A stretch of DNA of 59,294 nt, the filler included. It is 8 parts of 8 records of this genome, joined end to end, with 100 filler letters (N's around TTAATTAATTAA, not from the genome) between each part and the next. Parts side by side here need not be neighbours in the genome. Positions count along the whole stretch, not along the records: positions 1 to 7,809 come from SRR31147125_153476; positions 7,910 to 15,999 come from SRR31147125_153823; 6 more parts are not named here. One strand, written 5' to 3'. Positions 1 through 9,114 of this stretch are shown here, in pieces. The translations under genes and the position numbers were made by a program. The number at the start of each line of letters is the position of its first letter. Within the stretch, counting starts at the first letter, position 1. Below the pieces are notes generated by a model, which saw only the letters and a program-made list of their open reading frames with translations, ran no database searches and was not told the DNA's origin.

Positions 1-471
1 TTTGAGGCAGGCCGTACCTCGGGCATGGTGCGCGTGCTGCTGCTCGATGGTGAAATTATAGGGGCCATGCGCTGGATGCCCAGTCATGGCCGGTTTCGAT
101 TCAACGGCACCGTTGAGACGGCATGCGCCGGTCATGTGCTGTCGCCGGCCCAGGCGGCGCTATGCCATGTTGTCCGGCCGCGTCTGGCCCAGGATGGTCT
201 CTACTTCGTGGGGCTCGACCTGATCGGAGACAAACTGGTCGCGATGGATTGCCTGGTACCCGGCGGCTTGAGCCATATGAACCAGATCCATGGATTGCAG
301 CTCGAATATCGAATCGTCGATTTCATCGAGCGCAAAGTTCGTGAGTACCGGGATCGCGCGACCACCACGGTGTCCTTTGCTTTTGAATCCGAAAAGCAAA
401 GCCGGAAATCGTTTGAATATCGGGTCACTGAAGTACCGCGAAAGCACGACCGGATAACAGCGGACGGTTGA
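1..471 (+). CDS. Glutathione synthetase (GshB)-like ATP-grasp protein, C-terminal part, divergent (5' truncated by contig start)
   Basis: Frame is open from base 1. VRVLLLDGEIIGAMRW and GLYFVGLDLIGDKL match GshB motifs, but the Mg-binding E-x-N is replaced (AMD). Confidence 0.65.
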   Translation, partial: FEAGRTSGMVRVLLLDGEIIGAMRWMPSHGRFRFNGTVETACAGHVLSPAQAALCHVVRPRLAQDGLYFVGLDLIGDKLVAMDCLVPGGLSHMNQIHGLQLEYRIVDFIERKVREYRDRATTTVSFAFESEKQSRKSFEYRVTEVPRKHDRITADG

Positions 472-559
472 GGCACGTAAGTAAGCCAACAGAATGTATG
501 ACCAGGCATCTGATATAACTTATTGGAGAGGCGACTATGAACGATAGGTTTGCTGGGCG

Positions 560-715
560 GATGATAACGAAAAAGAGACGGGGATCGGAGACCTCAACGT
601 GTTTGCTGCCTATCTGATCGACACCGGCAGTCCGGCGGTGAGTTTCGGCATAGGGCCTCAATTGACGCTGCCGACTGCAAGCAAGGATGAACTGGGCAGC
701 GAACCGTTCTGGTCC
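560..715 (+). pseudogene. Fragment of an outer-membrane beta-barrel-like hypothetical protein
   Basis: [42 protein letters not shown] resembles an internal segment of a widespread barrel-type family. An in-frame stop lies just upstream (545-547) and there is no matching continuation. Confidence 0.35.
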
Positions 716-855
716 GATAGTGCTCGCGTGAATGGGAAAAGCGTAGGAAGGTCGATTTTTCGGATGCGAACCGGCGCACATCTGAAGGGATCGGGTTCCG
801 CTAAGAAATCTCTTGCAAGTTCGGCAGGCAGGCGGCCGGGAAATATAAGGAGTAC

Positions 856-1200
856 ATGATGAAAAACAGACTTTTCACGACACTTCTTATCGCCTTTGTG
901 TCGGTCGCAATTGCAGCACCGGTCCTGGGGGACGACACCATCGACCTGCCGGAGTCGGGTACGGACAGTTCGACGATCCGGTGCCGGGGAGAGATCGTAA
1001 GCATCGACGCCGCCATGACTGAAGTCACCAACAAGTGCGGCGAACCGGTGGCCCGGGGGCATCTCCCCAACCGCACCTACGATGTGTGGGTCTATCAATC
1101 GGACGGCGGCAACGAAGTAAACTATCTGGGGTTTCGGGACCGGCGCCTGCAAAGAATCTACTCAGTGAATTGTATCCACCGCGATCCATATTGCCCATAA
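856..1200 (+). CDS. Secreted DUF2845-like protein
   Basis: AAGGAG RBS, signal peptide, and the pattern RCxG.IVS...EV..KCGEP...WVY......L.F...RL..I. Confidence 0.7.
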   Translation: MMKNRLFTTLLIAFVSVAIAAPVLGDDTIDLPESGTDSSTIRCRGEIVSIDAAMTEVTNKCGEPVARGHLPNRTYDVWVYQSDGGNEVNYLGFRDRRLQRIYSVNCIHRDPYCP

Positions 1201-1255
1201 GGTTGATTTCAGGTGGAAGAAATTATTAAACCGGCAATAGAATAGGCCAACCTTT

Positions 1256-1280
1256 GTCATCCCGAACTTGATCCGGGATT
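1256..1280. repeat. REP-like short palindrome GTCATCCCGAACTTGATCCGGGAT
   Basis: ATCCCG/CGGGAT stem between convergent ORFs. Single copy in this window. Confidence 0.4.
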
Positions 1281-1480
1281 CAGTAGCAGTCCGGATAGCG
1301 CCAAGGTTTCACTGCGTAACCGGTCTCCACGCCGCAATCCTCCGCTTCGATACCGAAGTAATCGCACGGATCCATATAGCATCCGCAGGAGGTGTCATTG
1401 AAACAGGCGTGCGGATCGTCCGGGTCCCATCGGCAGCCGAACGGGTGAATGTTCAGATGTTGGGGTATTTGTATGGCCAC
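1280..1480 (-). CDS. 66-aa cysteine-rich small protein
   Basis: AAGGAG RBS 6 nt before a GTG start; 7 Cys; acidic and aromatic composition. Confidence 0.6.
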   Translation of the reverse strand: MAIQIPQHLNIHPFGCRWDPDDPHACFNDTSCGCYMDPCDYFGIEAEDCGVETGYAVKPWRYPDCY

Positions 1481-1494
1481 ATCGATCTCCTTAC

Positions 1495-1537
1495 AACCGT
1501 CGGCGGGCCGCTTGCCAGGCTGCCCGCCGACGGTTTT
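1495..1537 (+). terminator. 14-bp GC-rich hairpin followed by T-run (terminator-like on +; lies in the leader of the minus-strand peptide)
   Basis: AACCGTCGGCGGGC (1495-1508) pairs with GCCCGCCGACGGTT (1522-1535), followed by TT. Confidence 0.45.
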
Positions 1538-1543
1538 GTCTGT

Positions 1544-1571
1544 TTGACATCATTTCTGCGATGTATAGGTT
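1544..1571 (+). promoter_or_regulatory. Putative sigma70 promoter with overlapping ACATC-N8-GATGT inverted repeat
   Basis: TTGACA (1544-1549), 16-nt spacer, TAGGTT (1566-1571). Confidence 0.35.
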
Positions 1572-1625
1572 AAAATGTATCAACGAAACAGATAGTGGCA
1601 AACCGAGAAATGCAAGGAGGTGGCC

Positions 1626-1805
1626 ATGAAAACCAAAAAACAAAACATATGGTTGAACCTATTTTGCCCCGACGGTCAGTGTCTCCGGGAAGAGGAACGC
1701 ATCAATCTGCCAAAACCCGAAAAGAACGAAGGAACCAATCTGTGGCTTGAAGCATTCTGCCCCGAACAGCAGTGTGAGATAGATAGCGCATCGATGCTCC
1801 CCTGA
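1626..1805 (+). CDS. 59-aa protein with two WLxxFCPxxxC motifs
   Basis: AAGGAGG RBS; internal repeat WLNLFCPDGQC / WLEAFCPEQQC. Confidence 0.75.
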   Translation: MKTKKQNIWLNLFCPDGQCLREEERINLPKPEKNEGTNLWLEAFCPEQQCEIDSASMLP

Positions 1806-1928
1806 CACCATATTCACAGACAAGCCATTCTGCTAACAAACACCTGTGTCGGACACAATTCAATACAACGGGCACCTTGTCGCGATACGAAATACGTTCA
1901 AGCGCAAGTGCGGATCAGGAGGTGTACC

Positions 1929-2147
1929 ATGATCGATGAACGCCAGGAAATATGCGATCTGTTCCATTCGGTCGTTGGAGAGGATGGATGCGGGGTATCC
2001 TGTTCGGAAGCGGAATTTTTCAGAGAAGACGGTGAGTGGAAGATGTTTCTGGCAGGCTTTATGGAACCCTGGCCAATGGGCAGGACGGTGGCGGAGGTCA
2101 AATCGAACTTGAAGGCGTATGCCGCCATGGGATTTGGTTTAGGATAG
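1929..2147 (+). CDS. 72-aa hypothetical protein
   Basis: AGGAGGT RBS before ATG 1929; contains C...CGVSC. Confidence 0.7.
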   Translation: MIDERQEICDLFHSVVGEDGCGVSCSEAEFFREDGEWKMFLAGFMEPWPMGRTVAEVKSNLKAYAAMGFGLG

Positions 2148-2159
2148 ATCCGGGTCTAT

Positions 2160-2315
2160 ATGAAGAAAAACTTGACGGTCATGTACGTTTCCGGCAGCAA
2201 CGATTTCAAACGTTTCTTCAAACAGATGCCGTGGTGGACGGTGCCGCTGCTGCTGGTCCTCCTTTTCGGCCGGTTCGTCTTGATCGCTGTTTGGCACTGG
2301 GCCGCTTCGTTTTGA
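2160..2315 (+). CDS. 51-aa single-pass membrane peptide (below ORF-track cutoff)
   Basis: MKKNLTVMYVSGSNDFKRFFKQMPWWTVPLLLVLLFGRFVLIAVWHWAASF. Starts 12 nt after the upstream stop; weak RBS. Confidence 0.4.
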   Translation: MKKNLTVMYVSGSNDFKRFFKQMPWWTVPLLLVLLFGRFVLIAVWHWAASF

Positions 2316-2458
2316 CATCGACATCCGGATACCGGAACGCACACCCGCGCATTCAGTTTTCGCAGGCCCTCCATTGCTCCCAACCGGCGAGTGCATAGAT
2401 AGAGACCAACGAAAGCAAATCAAAGCTTTCGATAAGGATATGAAAAAGGATTACGCTT

Positions 2459-3484
2459 ATGAAAGCGATCGGACTGAAAAAATCTCTGCCCATCGAAGAT
2501 CCCGAGAGCCTCATTGCCTTTGAAACCGAAAAGCCCGCTCCCGGGAAGCAGGACGTATTGGTTAAGGTCCGGGCCGTCTCCGTCAATCCGGTGGATTACA
2601 AGGTGAGGCAGCACAGCGCAACGGATTCGATTTTAGATAAACCCAAGATACTGGGCTGGGATGCAGCCGGCACGGTCGTGGCCACCGGCGAGCAGGTGGA
2701 TCTTTTTTCCGTGGGCGACGACGTCTTCTATGCCGGGGACATCAACCGTTCCGGCAGCAATGCCGAGTATCAGGTGGTCGACGCCGCCATCGTCGGCCGC
2801 AAACCCAGCTCCCTGACGTTCGCTGAAGCGGCTGCGGTTCCGCTGACCGGTTTGACGGCCTGGGAGGCGATCTTCGATCGACTGGCCATCCCACCGGGAG
2901 AGGGCGATGGACAGGCGGTGCTGGTAATCGGCGGCGCCGGCGGGGTCGGCTCCATGGCCATTCAACTGCTGAAACAATTGACTGGACTGACGGTCATAGC
3001 CACCTCATCTCGACCGGAATCGGGCGAGTGGTGTCGTCAAATGGGAGCAGATCTTGTGGTGGACCATCGCGCTCTTGAAGATAATTTGCAAAAATGCGGC
3101 CATGCCGCGGTGGACTATATCCTCAACTTCGTCAGCACGGATCGTTATTGGGAGACGATGGCGGCCTCGATCGCAGCCCAGGGAAGAATCTGCAGCATCG
3201 TCCCGTCGGAAAAAGAGGTCAATCTGGGGCTTCTCTTCCAGAAAAGCGTCTCCTTCAGCTGGGAGTTGATGTTCACACGCTCCAGTTTTCAAACGCAAGA
3301 CAAGAACCGCCAGCACCATATCCTCAACGAACTGGCAGCGCTGTACGACCAGGGACGATTGAAGTCTACGCTGACGCGGACCATGAGGGGAATGACCGCC
3401 GATAGCTTCAGAAAGGCCCATGCCCAATTGGAATCCGGTTCGACCATCGGTAAACTGGTGGTCGATTTCCAGATAAAACCTTGA
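2459..3484 (+). CDS. Zinc-type alcohol dehydrogenase-like / quinone oxidoreductase (MDR family)
   Basis: SVNPVDYK, GWDAAG, GGAGGVGS and WELMFTR motifs. Confidence 0.9.
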   Translation: MKAIGLKKSLPIEDPESLIAFETEKPAPGKQDVLVKVRAVSVNPVDYKVRQHSATDSILDKPKILGWDAAGTVVATGEQVDLFSVGDDVFYAGDINRSGSNAEYQVVDAAIVGRKPSSLTFAEAAAVPLTGLTAWEAIFDRLAIPPGEGDGQAVLVIGGAGGVGSMAIQLLKQLTGLTVIATSSRPESGEWCRQMGADLVVDHRALEDNLQKCGHAAVDYILNFVSTDRYWETMAASIAAQGRICSIVPSEKEVNLGLLFQKSVSFSWELMFTRSSFQTQDKNRQHHILNELAALYDQGRLKSTLTRTMRGMTADSFRKAHAQLESGSTIGKLVVDFQIKP

Positions 3485-3564
3485 TTAATGGGATTCTGGG
3501 TTTTGTGAGCCTGTTTCGCTCTCTGGAGGTCCGCCGGACCCTGCGAGTACCATCCCCTGCCGGT

Positions 3565-3592
3565 TTGACTTGTAAAATATCATATATACCAT
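3565..3592 (+). promoter_or_regulatory. Putative sigma70 promoter of the FIST-cyclase operon
   Basis: TTGACT, 16 nt, TACCAT, about 35 nt upstream of the start. Confidence 0.35.
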
Positions 3593-3626
3593 TGATTCAC
3601 CTTGGAACCGCTTTCACGGAGTGTCT

Positions 3627-4739
3627 ATGACAGTCAAGATTATCACCGGCAAAGCGATGGATGACATCTCCAGGGAGCTTGAATCGATCCGTGGAGAAGC
3701 GTGGGCGCCAAGCCTGGCGGTGGTCTTCTGCGGTGTGCCGCATGATCCTCAGGCGATCATCGAGAGATTTGCCCGGCATGAGATACAGGTCTTCGGTGCC
3801 TGCTCCGATGGTGAATTCACCCACCAGGGGGTCGGCGAAGGGACCATCGTGGCGATGGTGCTCGACATCCGGCCGGACGCCTTCCGGATCAAGCTCTTCG
3901 ACGGCGGTGAAAAGGAGGCGATTGCCATGGGACACAACGTGGCGGACTGGGCCAGGGAGAAATTCGGCTCACCTGCCTGCCTGGTCATGACAGCCGGCCT
4001 TCAATCCAATGGTGAACATTTCGTCAGCGCGTTCATCAACCACTCATCCCATGAGATTCCACTGTTCGGCGGTATCGCCGGCAACGAAAAGGGCGGCAGC
4101 GGCAGCGTCGTTTTCAGTCATGTGAAGATCGCCGAAGAGGGCGCCATTGTACTGGCGCTGGATTCCGACCTGGTGGCGCTTAAGGGTATTGCGACCAGCG
4201 GCTGGAAGGGCGTCGGCACACCGAAAACCATCACCCGGGCCAAAGGCAATGTGGTCTACACGATCGATGGTGCACCAGCCCTGGATATGTACAACCGGTA
4301 TCTGAATATCGGCGACGATCCATCGCTGGCCTATGAGTACCCGCTGCTGCTCATGAGGAAGGACGGATCTTATATTCTCCGAGGTTCGATCAACGTCAAC
4401 GAGGACAAATCCATTACCTACGGTGGACCGATCCCCGAAGGCATCCAGGTGCGCCTCAGCATGGCGCCGGGGCTGGAAATCATCGACCATGCCGTGGAGA
4501 AGGTCTCCGAACTGCAGCAGACGGCGCCCGATGCAGACGCAGTTGTGCTGTTCTCCTGCCAGGGACGCAAATTTACACTGGGCCCTTCAGTCGAGGATGA
4601 GATCGAGGCCATCCACGAGCTGTGGAACGTCCCGCTGATCGGCTTTTTTACCAACGGGGAGATCGGCCCCATGCCCGACGGCCGCTGTGAACTCCACAAT
4701 CATACACTCGTACCGGTCGTCATCAGACGGAAACGATGA
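3627..4739 (+). CDS. FIST N/FIST C domain sensor protein (NosP-like)
   Basis: FGACSDGEF, LFGGIAG, GWKGVG, VYTIDGAPA, FSCQGR, GFFTNGEIG and LHNHT motifs. Confidence 0.9.
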   Translation: MTVKIITGKAMDDISRELESIRGEAWAPSLAVVFCGVPHDPQAIIERFARHEIQVFGACSDGEFTHQGVGEGTIVAMVLDIRPDAFRIKLFDGGEKEAIAMGHNVADWAREKFGSPACLVMTAGLQSNGEHFVSAFINHSSHEIPLFGGIAGNEKGGSGSVVFSHVKIAEEGAIVLALDSDLVALKGIATSGWKGVGTPKTITRAKGNVVYTIDGAPALDMYNRYLNIGDDPSLAYEYPLLLMRKDGSYILRGSINVNEDKSITYGGPIPEGIQVRLSMAPGLEIIDHAVEKVSELQQTAPDADAVVLFSCQGRKFTLGPSVEDEIEAIHELWNVPLIGFFTNGEIGPMPDGRCELHNHTLVPVVIRRKR

Positions 4740-5976
4740 CTGCAACGCGGATAAAAGCGATAGGGCGTCTCAAGCAGCATATCGACGGTGCCGCCGTCAC
4801 CGGCGAAGAGCGCTCGGCCCTGCAGTCCGCCATGAAGGCGGTTGAAAAGGAATCATCCTCTCTGCGTTTTCAGCTGGACCGCACCCTGCGCGAAAAACGC
4901 ACCCTCTCCACGCTCCTGGCCAGAACAGCCGAGGATCTCGAAAAATCCAGCGAACTCATCAAAAAGATGTTCGGCCGCTACCTCTCCACCGAGATCATGA
5001 ATACCCTTCTTGACGACCCATCGGCCCTGGAACTGGGCGGCGAAAAGCGGGTCGTCACCATCATGGTCACCGACCTGCGCGGATTCACCGCCATGGCCGA
5101 CCGTCTCAATCCCGAACAGGTGGTGCGGATGCTCAACGGCTATTTCGAGGTGATGGTGGACGTCATCCTCAAGCATCGCGGCACCATCAACGAAATAGTC
5201 GGCGACTCCCTGCTGGTGATATTCGGCGCCCCCCAGGCCATGGACGACCGGGCAAGTCGGGCCATTGCCTGCGCCATCGACATGCAGAACGCCATGGCCG
5301 GGGTCAACGCCGGCAATGGCAAAGAGGGCCTGCCACATCTGGAGATGGGCATCGGCATCAACGACACCGAGGTGGTGGTGGGCAGCATCGGATCGAGCAA
5401 GCGCAGCAAATACGCCGTGGTGGGCAGCGGCGTGAATGTAACCAGCCGTATCGAGTCCTTCTCCGTGGGCGGGCAAATCCTGATCTCCGAATCGGTGTAC
5501 CGCCAGAACGCAGACATCCTGCGTATCGACGCCCAACGCAACGTGGTGCCCAAAGGCATGGACGATCCGATCCGCATCTACGAGGCGGGCGGCATCGCCG
5601 GGCACTACAATCTGGCGCTGGAACGCAATGACCAGCAATTGCGTTCCCTCCCCGCAAAATACCCGTGCTTTGCATGGCCCTGGGTGATGGAACTGAAGCG
5701 ACACCGGATCATCGTGGCGCGATCATCGGACTATCGGCCAACGGGGCCGAGATCAGTCTGGATCAGCCGATGGACTCAATGGTCAACCTGAAGCTGAAAT
5801 TGGACCGCGCGGACCAACACATGACATCCAGCCACTTTTACGGAAAGATCATCGAATGCCGGGAGCGCCCCGGAAACGCCTGCATGGTCCGGTTCACGTC
5901 GCTGCCGCCCGAAATCAACGCCTATTTTCAGGCGCACCTGGAGCATGCGGCCAATGGACCGGATTTGACGCCTTAA
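4736..5976 (+). CDS. Class III nucleotidyl cyclase (Cya2-type, putative guanylyl cyclase) with N-terminal coiled coil and C-terminal PilZ-like domain; apparent frameshift at A-run 5656-5659
   Basis: TDLRGFT, INEIVGD and KYAVVGSGVNVTSRIES motifs. Adding one A joins it to the 5665-5976 PilZ-like ORF (GLSANG...VRF). ATGA overlap with the FIST gene. Confidence 0.85.
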
Positions 5977-6200
5977 TCTAATGGTTAAAGGTGGCCGATC
6001 ACCGAATCCTGTCGTTGATCGGCAAACAAAATAGATCATCATCTCCTTCCGGCATCGGCTGTTCGTTCGGATCCTTTTCCTATTTGCTTCTCTATTTCAA
6101 AACAGGTTCAAGCATAACCTTTTAAACAAACCTATCCGGCCGGAACACCGCACTTTCTTGTGGACAACGCAGCTGGCCGTTATGAGAAAGGAGAAACGCA

Positions 6201-7043
6201 ATGAATTGGAACTACGAAATTGAGGTTGCGCTCAAACATCCAGTCAATCTGACCGTCGATGTACTCGGACAACAGGTCAATCTCCGGCTTGATCTAAGTG
6301 CAGCTGCAACTAATCCAGGCAAGATCGAAGGGGGCATCTCGTTCGACTGCAAGCCGCCCCCCTACATTGAGGGGTGTTACTGCATCATGCACAACCTTCG
6401 GCGAAGAGATCCTGTCATCACAACTCAGCTGGAAACCGATGTTTACGAAGCCGCCAACATTGTCGGCGGCGCTGCCGGGGCGATCACGCCTCAGTATGTG
6501 TCCCTCGAAGCTCCGACGATTGAGCTTTCGAGCCGCATGGAGATTACAGCGACCAATGGAGGCAAGGCATACAATGTATTTGTCGAAAGCGAACTGAACT
6601 ACACGCCCGGCAAAGTCATCATCGATCCACCCGACCTCGAAGACGTCCCTCTTCCGCCGCCGTTCGACGCCGCCACTATTCCGATAGGTCCCTTCCCGTT
6701 TTCAATGGGTCAGCCGGTAACATCGACCCATCGCGCCCAGTACATCGTCGCTTGCTGCACATGGGACGCCATGCTGCCTGAATTCGACCGAGCGGACGGT
6801 GAACCGTTGAGGGACGTTGATTATATCCCCAGCGATGAACTCATCGAGTGTCATTGCGAAGATTTTTCAAGCACACACATTCAGTCGGGCCCTATTGTTT
6901 CGAACCAAACGGTGAAATGGAAAATCAAGGCCGTTGAAGGTCCCTGCCGATGGCGTACCGTCAGGGTTCGCCGGGAACACCCGGAGCAAGGGGGGACGTT
7001 ACGCAAAGTGGACCAGGGAGAAAAATCGGAGAAAGAACATTAG
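6201..7043 (+). CDS. Hypothetical protein, 280 aa, beta-rich, with Cys and Pro clusters
   Basis: AAGGAG RBS and long ORF; no family recognised. Confidence 0.75.
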   Translation: MNWNYEIEVALKHPVNLTVDVLGQQVNLRLDLSAAATNPGKIEGGISFDCKPPPYIEGCYCIMHNLRRRDPVITTQLETDVYEAANIVGGAAGAITPQYVSLEAPTIELSSRMEITATNGGKAYNVFVESELNYTPGKVIIDPPDLEDVPLPPPFDAATIPIGPFPFSMGQPVTSTHRAQYIVACCTWDAMLPEFDRADGEPLRDVDYIPSDELIECHCEDFSSTHIQSGPIVSNQTVKWKIKAVEGPCRWRTVRVRREHPEQGGTLRKVDQGEKSEKEH

Positions 7044-7163
7044 CTCCTGATCGCAAGCAGGATTGTGAGAAGTGCTGATAACCCCGAATAGATTTGACTT
7101 CTTGTCTGACTGAATCATAATGATCCCGGTCCATATTTCGAACGACACTTCAGTGGGGTACTG

Positions 7164-7643
7164 ATGAGAAGCATGAAATTGTTACTGGTTTTGGTTTCGA
7201 TCCTGAGTGCCTGTGCTGTCGGTGTGCATCTGAGCCACACCGTGACCTATACGGCCAAGGGAACCCGTTCGGAGGCCCGGCACGGACATCTGTGGATCGA
7301 AGGGCAGGAACTGCCGTGGGCGTTCCGTCAGGTGGCCTATGACGGGGTGTCCTATACCATGCATACGCGCAGCCATCTGTGGGGCAACGACGGCTACTGG
7401 CCGGATCGGACAGCTTACGTGCCCCCGGACGCCGAGAGCCCGCTGCCGGCCGAATCACGGTCACGCGGCTACCACCTCGGCATGGAACGCCCTACCGAAA
7501 CGCCGGAAACATGGCTCTGGGTGCGCTGGGGTGATGATCGGGCGGCCGTGGTGGCTCCGGGGAGGATCGACAGGTTGATCCGGGAGCAACAAATTCCTTC
7601 AACCCACAGTGGCGATCCCGGACGGCGTCGCCTGAAACCTTAG
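7164..7643 (+). CDS. Putative lipoprotein
   Basis: Hydrophobic leader ending in LSAC lipobox; upstream TTGACT-16-CATAAT (7094-7121). Confidence 0.65.
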   Translation: MRSMKLLLVLVSILSACAVGVHLSHTVTYTAKGTRSEARHGHLWIEGQELPWAFRQVAYDGVSYTMHTRSHLWGNDGYWPDRTAYVPPDAESPLPAESRSRGYHLGMERPTETPETWLWVRWGDDRAAVVAPGRIDRLIREQQIPSTHSGDPGRRRLKP

Positions 7644-7648
7644 ATGAA

Positions 7649-7807
7649 TCAGCCGCCGGCGTCACCCTGCAACCTGGCGAGGATCTCGGTCCGACGGGGA
7701 TCGGCCTGCCAAGACGCCCAACCGAGACGGGTGAAGTATGTTTGAAAATTGCGATCCAGGTCCATGAGAGGACTGCGATCCACCGCTTTCAACAGGTCGG
7801 TGACTTC
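7649..7807 (-). CDS. 3' end of an unidentified gene cut by the contig end
   Basis: Open frame EVTDLLKAVDRSPLMDLDRNFQTYFTRLGW...GG*, converging on the lipoprotein gene. Confidence 0.4.
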   Translation of the reverse strand, partial: EVTDLLKAVDRSPLMDLDRNFQTYFTRLGWASWQADPRRTEILARLQGDAGG

Positions 7808-7809
7808 CC

Positions 7810-7909
7810 NNNNNNNNNNNNNNNNNNNNNNNNNNNNNNNNNNNNNNNNNNNNTTAATTAATTAANNNNNNNNNNNNNNNNNNNNNNNNNNNNNNNNNNN
7901 NNNNNNNNN
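7810..7909. other. Artificial contig spacer (N44-TTAATTAATTAA-N44); identical spacers at 16000-16099, 22905-23004, 29257-29356, 39947-40046, 45393-45492, 50501-50600
   Basis: Identical 100-nt blocks carrying stops in all six frames; gene content and composition change across each. Confidence 0.99.
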
Positions 7910-8065
7910 GGGGGTATCTCCGAAAAGCCGATGCCCATTGATTATTCCAATCTGATGATCATGTGCAATCACTGCATTAAACCGACGCGTATCGCCATAA
8001 AAGTGTTAGAAGACGGTACCAAAGTTCGAGTATGTAAAAAATGCAATGAACAGATTGATGCCTAA
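7910..8065 (+). CDS. rplX: 50S ribosomal protein L24, C-terminal part
   Basis: [28 protein letters not shown]...[13 protein letters not shown], directly upstream of rplE. Confidence 0.9.
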   Translation, partial: GGISEKPMPIDYSNLMIMCNHCIKPTRIAIKVLEDGTKVRVCKKCNEQIDA

Positions 8066-8088
8066 GTTGCAGCCGAGGAGCAATACCA

Positions 8089-8625
8089 TTGAATCTTAAA
8101 GACACTTATGAAAAAGAGATAGTACCGGAGCTGACCAAGAGTTTCGGGTATCAAAATACCATGCAGGTTCCCAAGCTGGAAAAAATCGTCTTGAATATGG
8201 GGCTTGGAGAGGCTATCAAAAATGTCAAGCTTCTTGATTCAGCTGTAGCTGACCTTGCACTGATCGCAGGTCAGCGACCTGTTATTACTAAAGCTAGAAA
8301 ATCCATTGCTGCATTTAAACTTCGTGAGGGAATGCCCATCGGGTGTATGGTCACTCTGCGACGGGCTAAAATGTATGATTTTCTTGAAAAACTGATCAAT
8401 ATCACGCTTCCCCGTGTGCGTGACTTTAGAGGGATTTCCGGAAAAGCATTTGATGGAATGGGCAACTACAGCCTTGGAATCAAAGAGCATATCATTTTTC
8501 CGGAGATCGAATATGACAAGACCGACAGTATCAAAGGTCTGAACGTCTCCATCGTTACCACGGCTAAAACGGATGAGGAAGGCAAAGCGCTTCTGAAGCA
8601 CTTTGGGATGCCCTTTAGGAATTGA
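8089..8625 (+). CDS. rplE: 50S ribosomal protein L5
   Basis: [31 protein letters not shown]. Confidence 0.98.
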   Translation: MNLKDTYEKEIVPELTKSFGYQNTMQVPKLEKIVLNMGLGEAIKNVKLLDSAVADLALIAGQRPVITKARKSIAAFKLREGMPIGCMVTLRRAKMYDFLEKLINITLPRVRDFRGISGKAFDGMGNYSLGIKEHIIFPEIEYDKTDSIKGLNVSIVTTAKTDEEGKALLKHFGMPFRN

Positions 8626-8749
8626 TTGTGAAATGATGGTTTTTTTTTCGATAATCTGATATATGATAAAAATTTTGCGGGATTTTCCGTTAGTATATTG
8701 GATCAATTGAGAAAAAGACCGTTTCAAATCCTACAAACAGGAGGAAACT

Positions 8750-8935
8750 TTGGCAAAAAAGTCTTTAATTGCAAAGGCGGCAAGAAAACCGAAGTTCAAG
8801 GTTCGAGCTTATAATCGTTGTCCCATCTGTGGTCGCCCTAGGGGCTTCATCAGAAAGGCCGGTATTTGTAGAATCTGTTTTCGAAATCTTGCTTCAGCCG
8901 GTAAACTGCCAGGGGTTACTAAATCCAGCTGGTAA
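8750..8935 (+). CDS. rpsN: 30S ribosomal protein S14 type Z (zinc-binding)
   Basis: RCPICGRPR...ICRICFR. Confidence 0.97.
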   Translation: MAKKSLIAKAARKPKFKVRAYNRCPICGRPRGFIRKAGICRICFRNLASAGKLPGVTKSSW

Positions 8936-9114
8936 AAAGTTCTACATTCTATAGTCGAATACGAGTACTACAGAATAGCAGTACCGGATACTTGGGTGAA
9001 GTACGCTTCACTTCAAATGGTTGAATTTTTTGAAACAAAGAATGCATCGGGTAATCTTGTGGGATTTTCTTTTAAATTCTTCTTCCTTCAGAACCCAATG
9101 CTCAGGAGAAAAAC

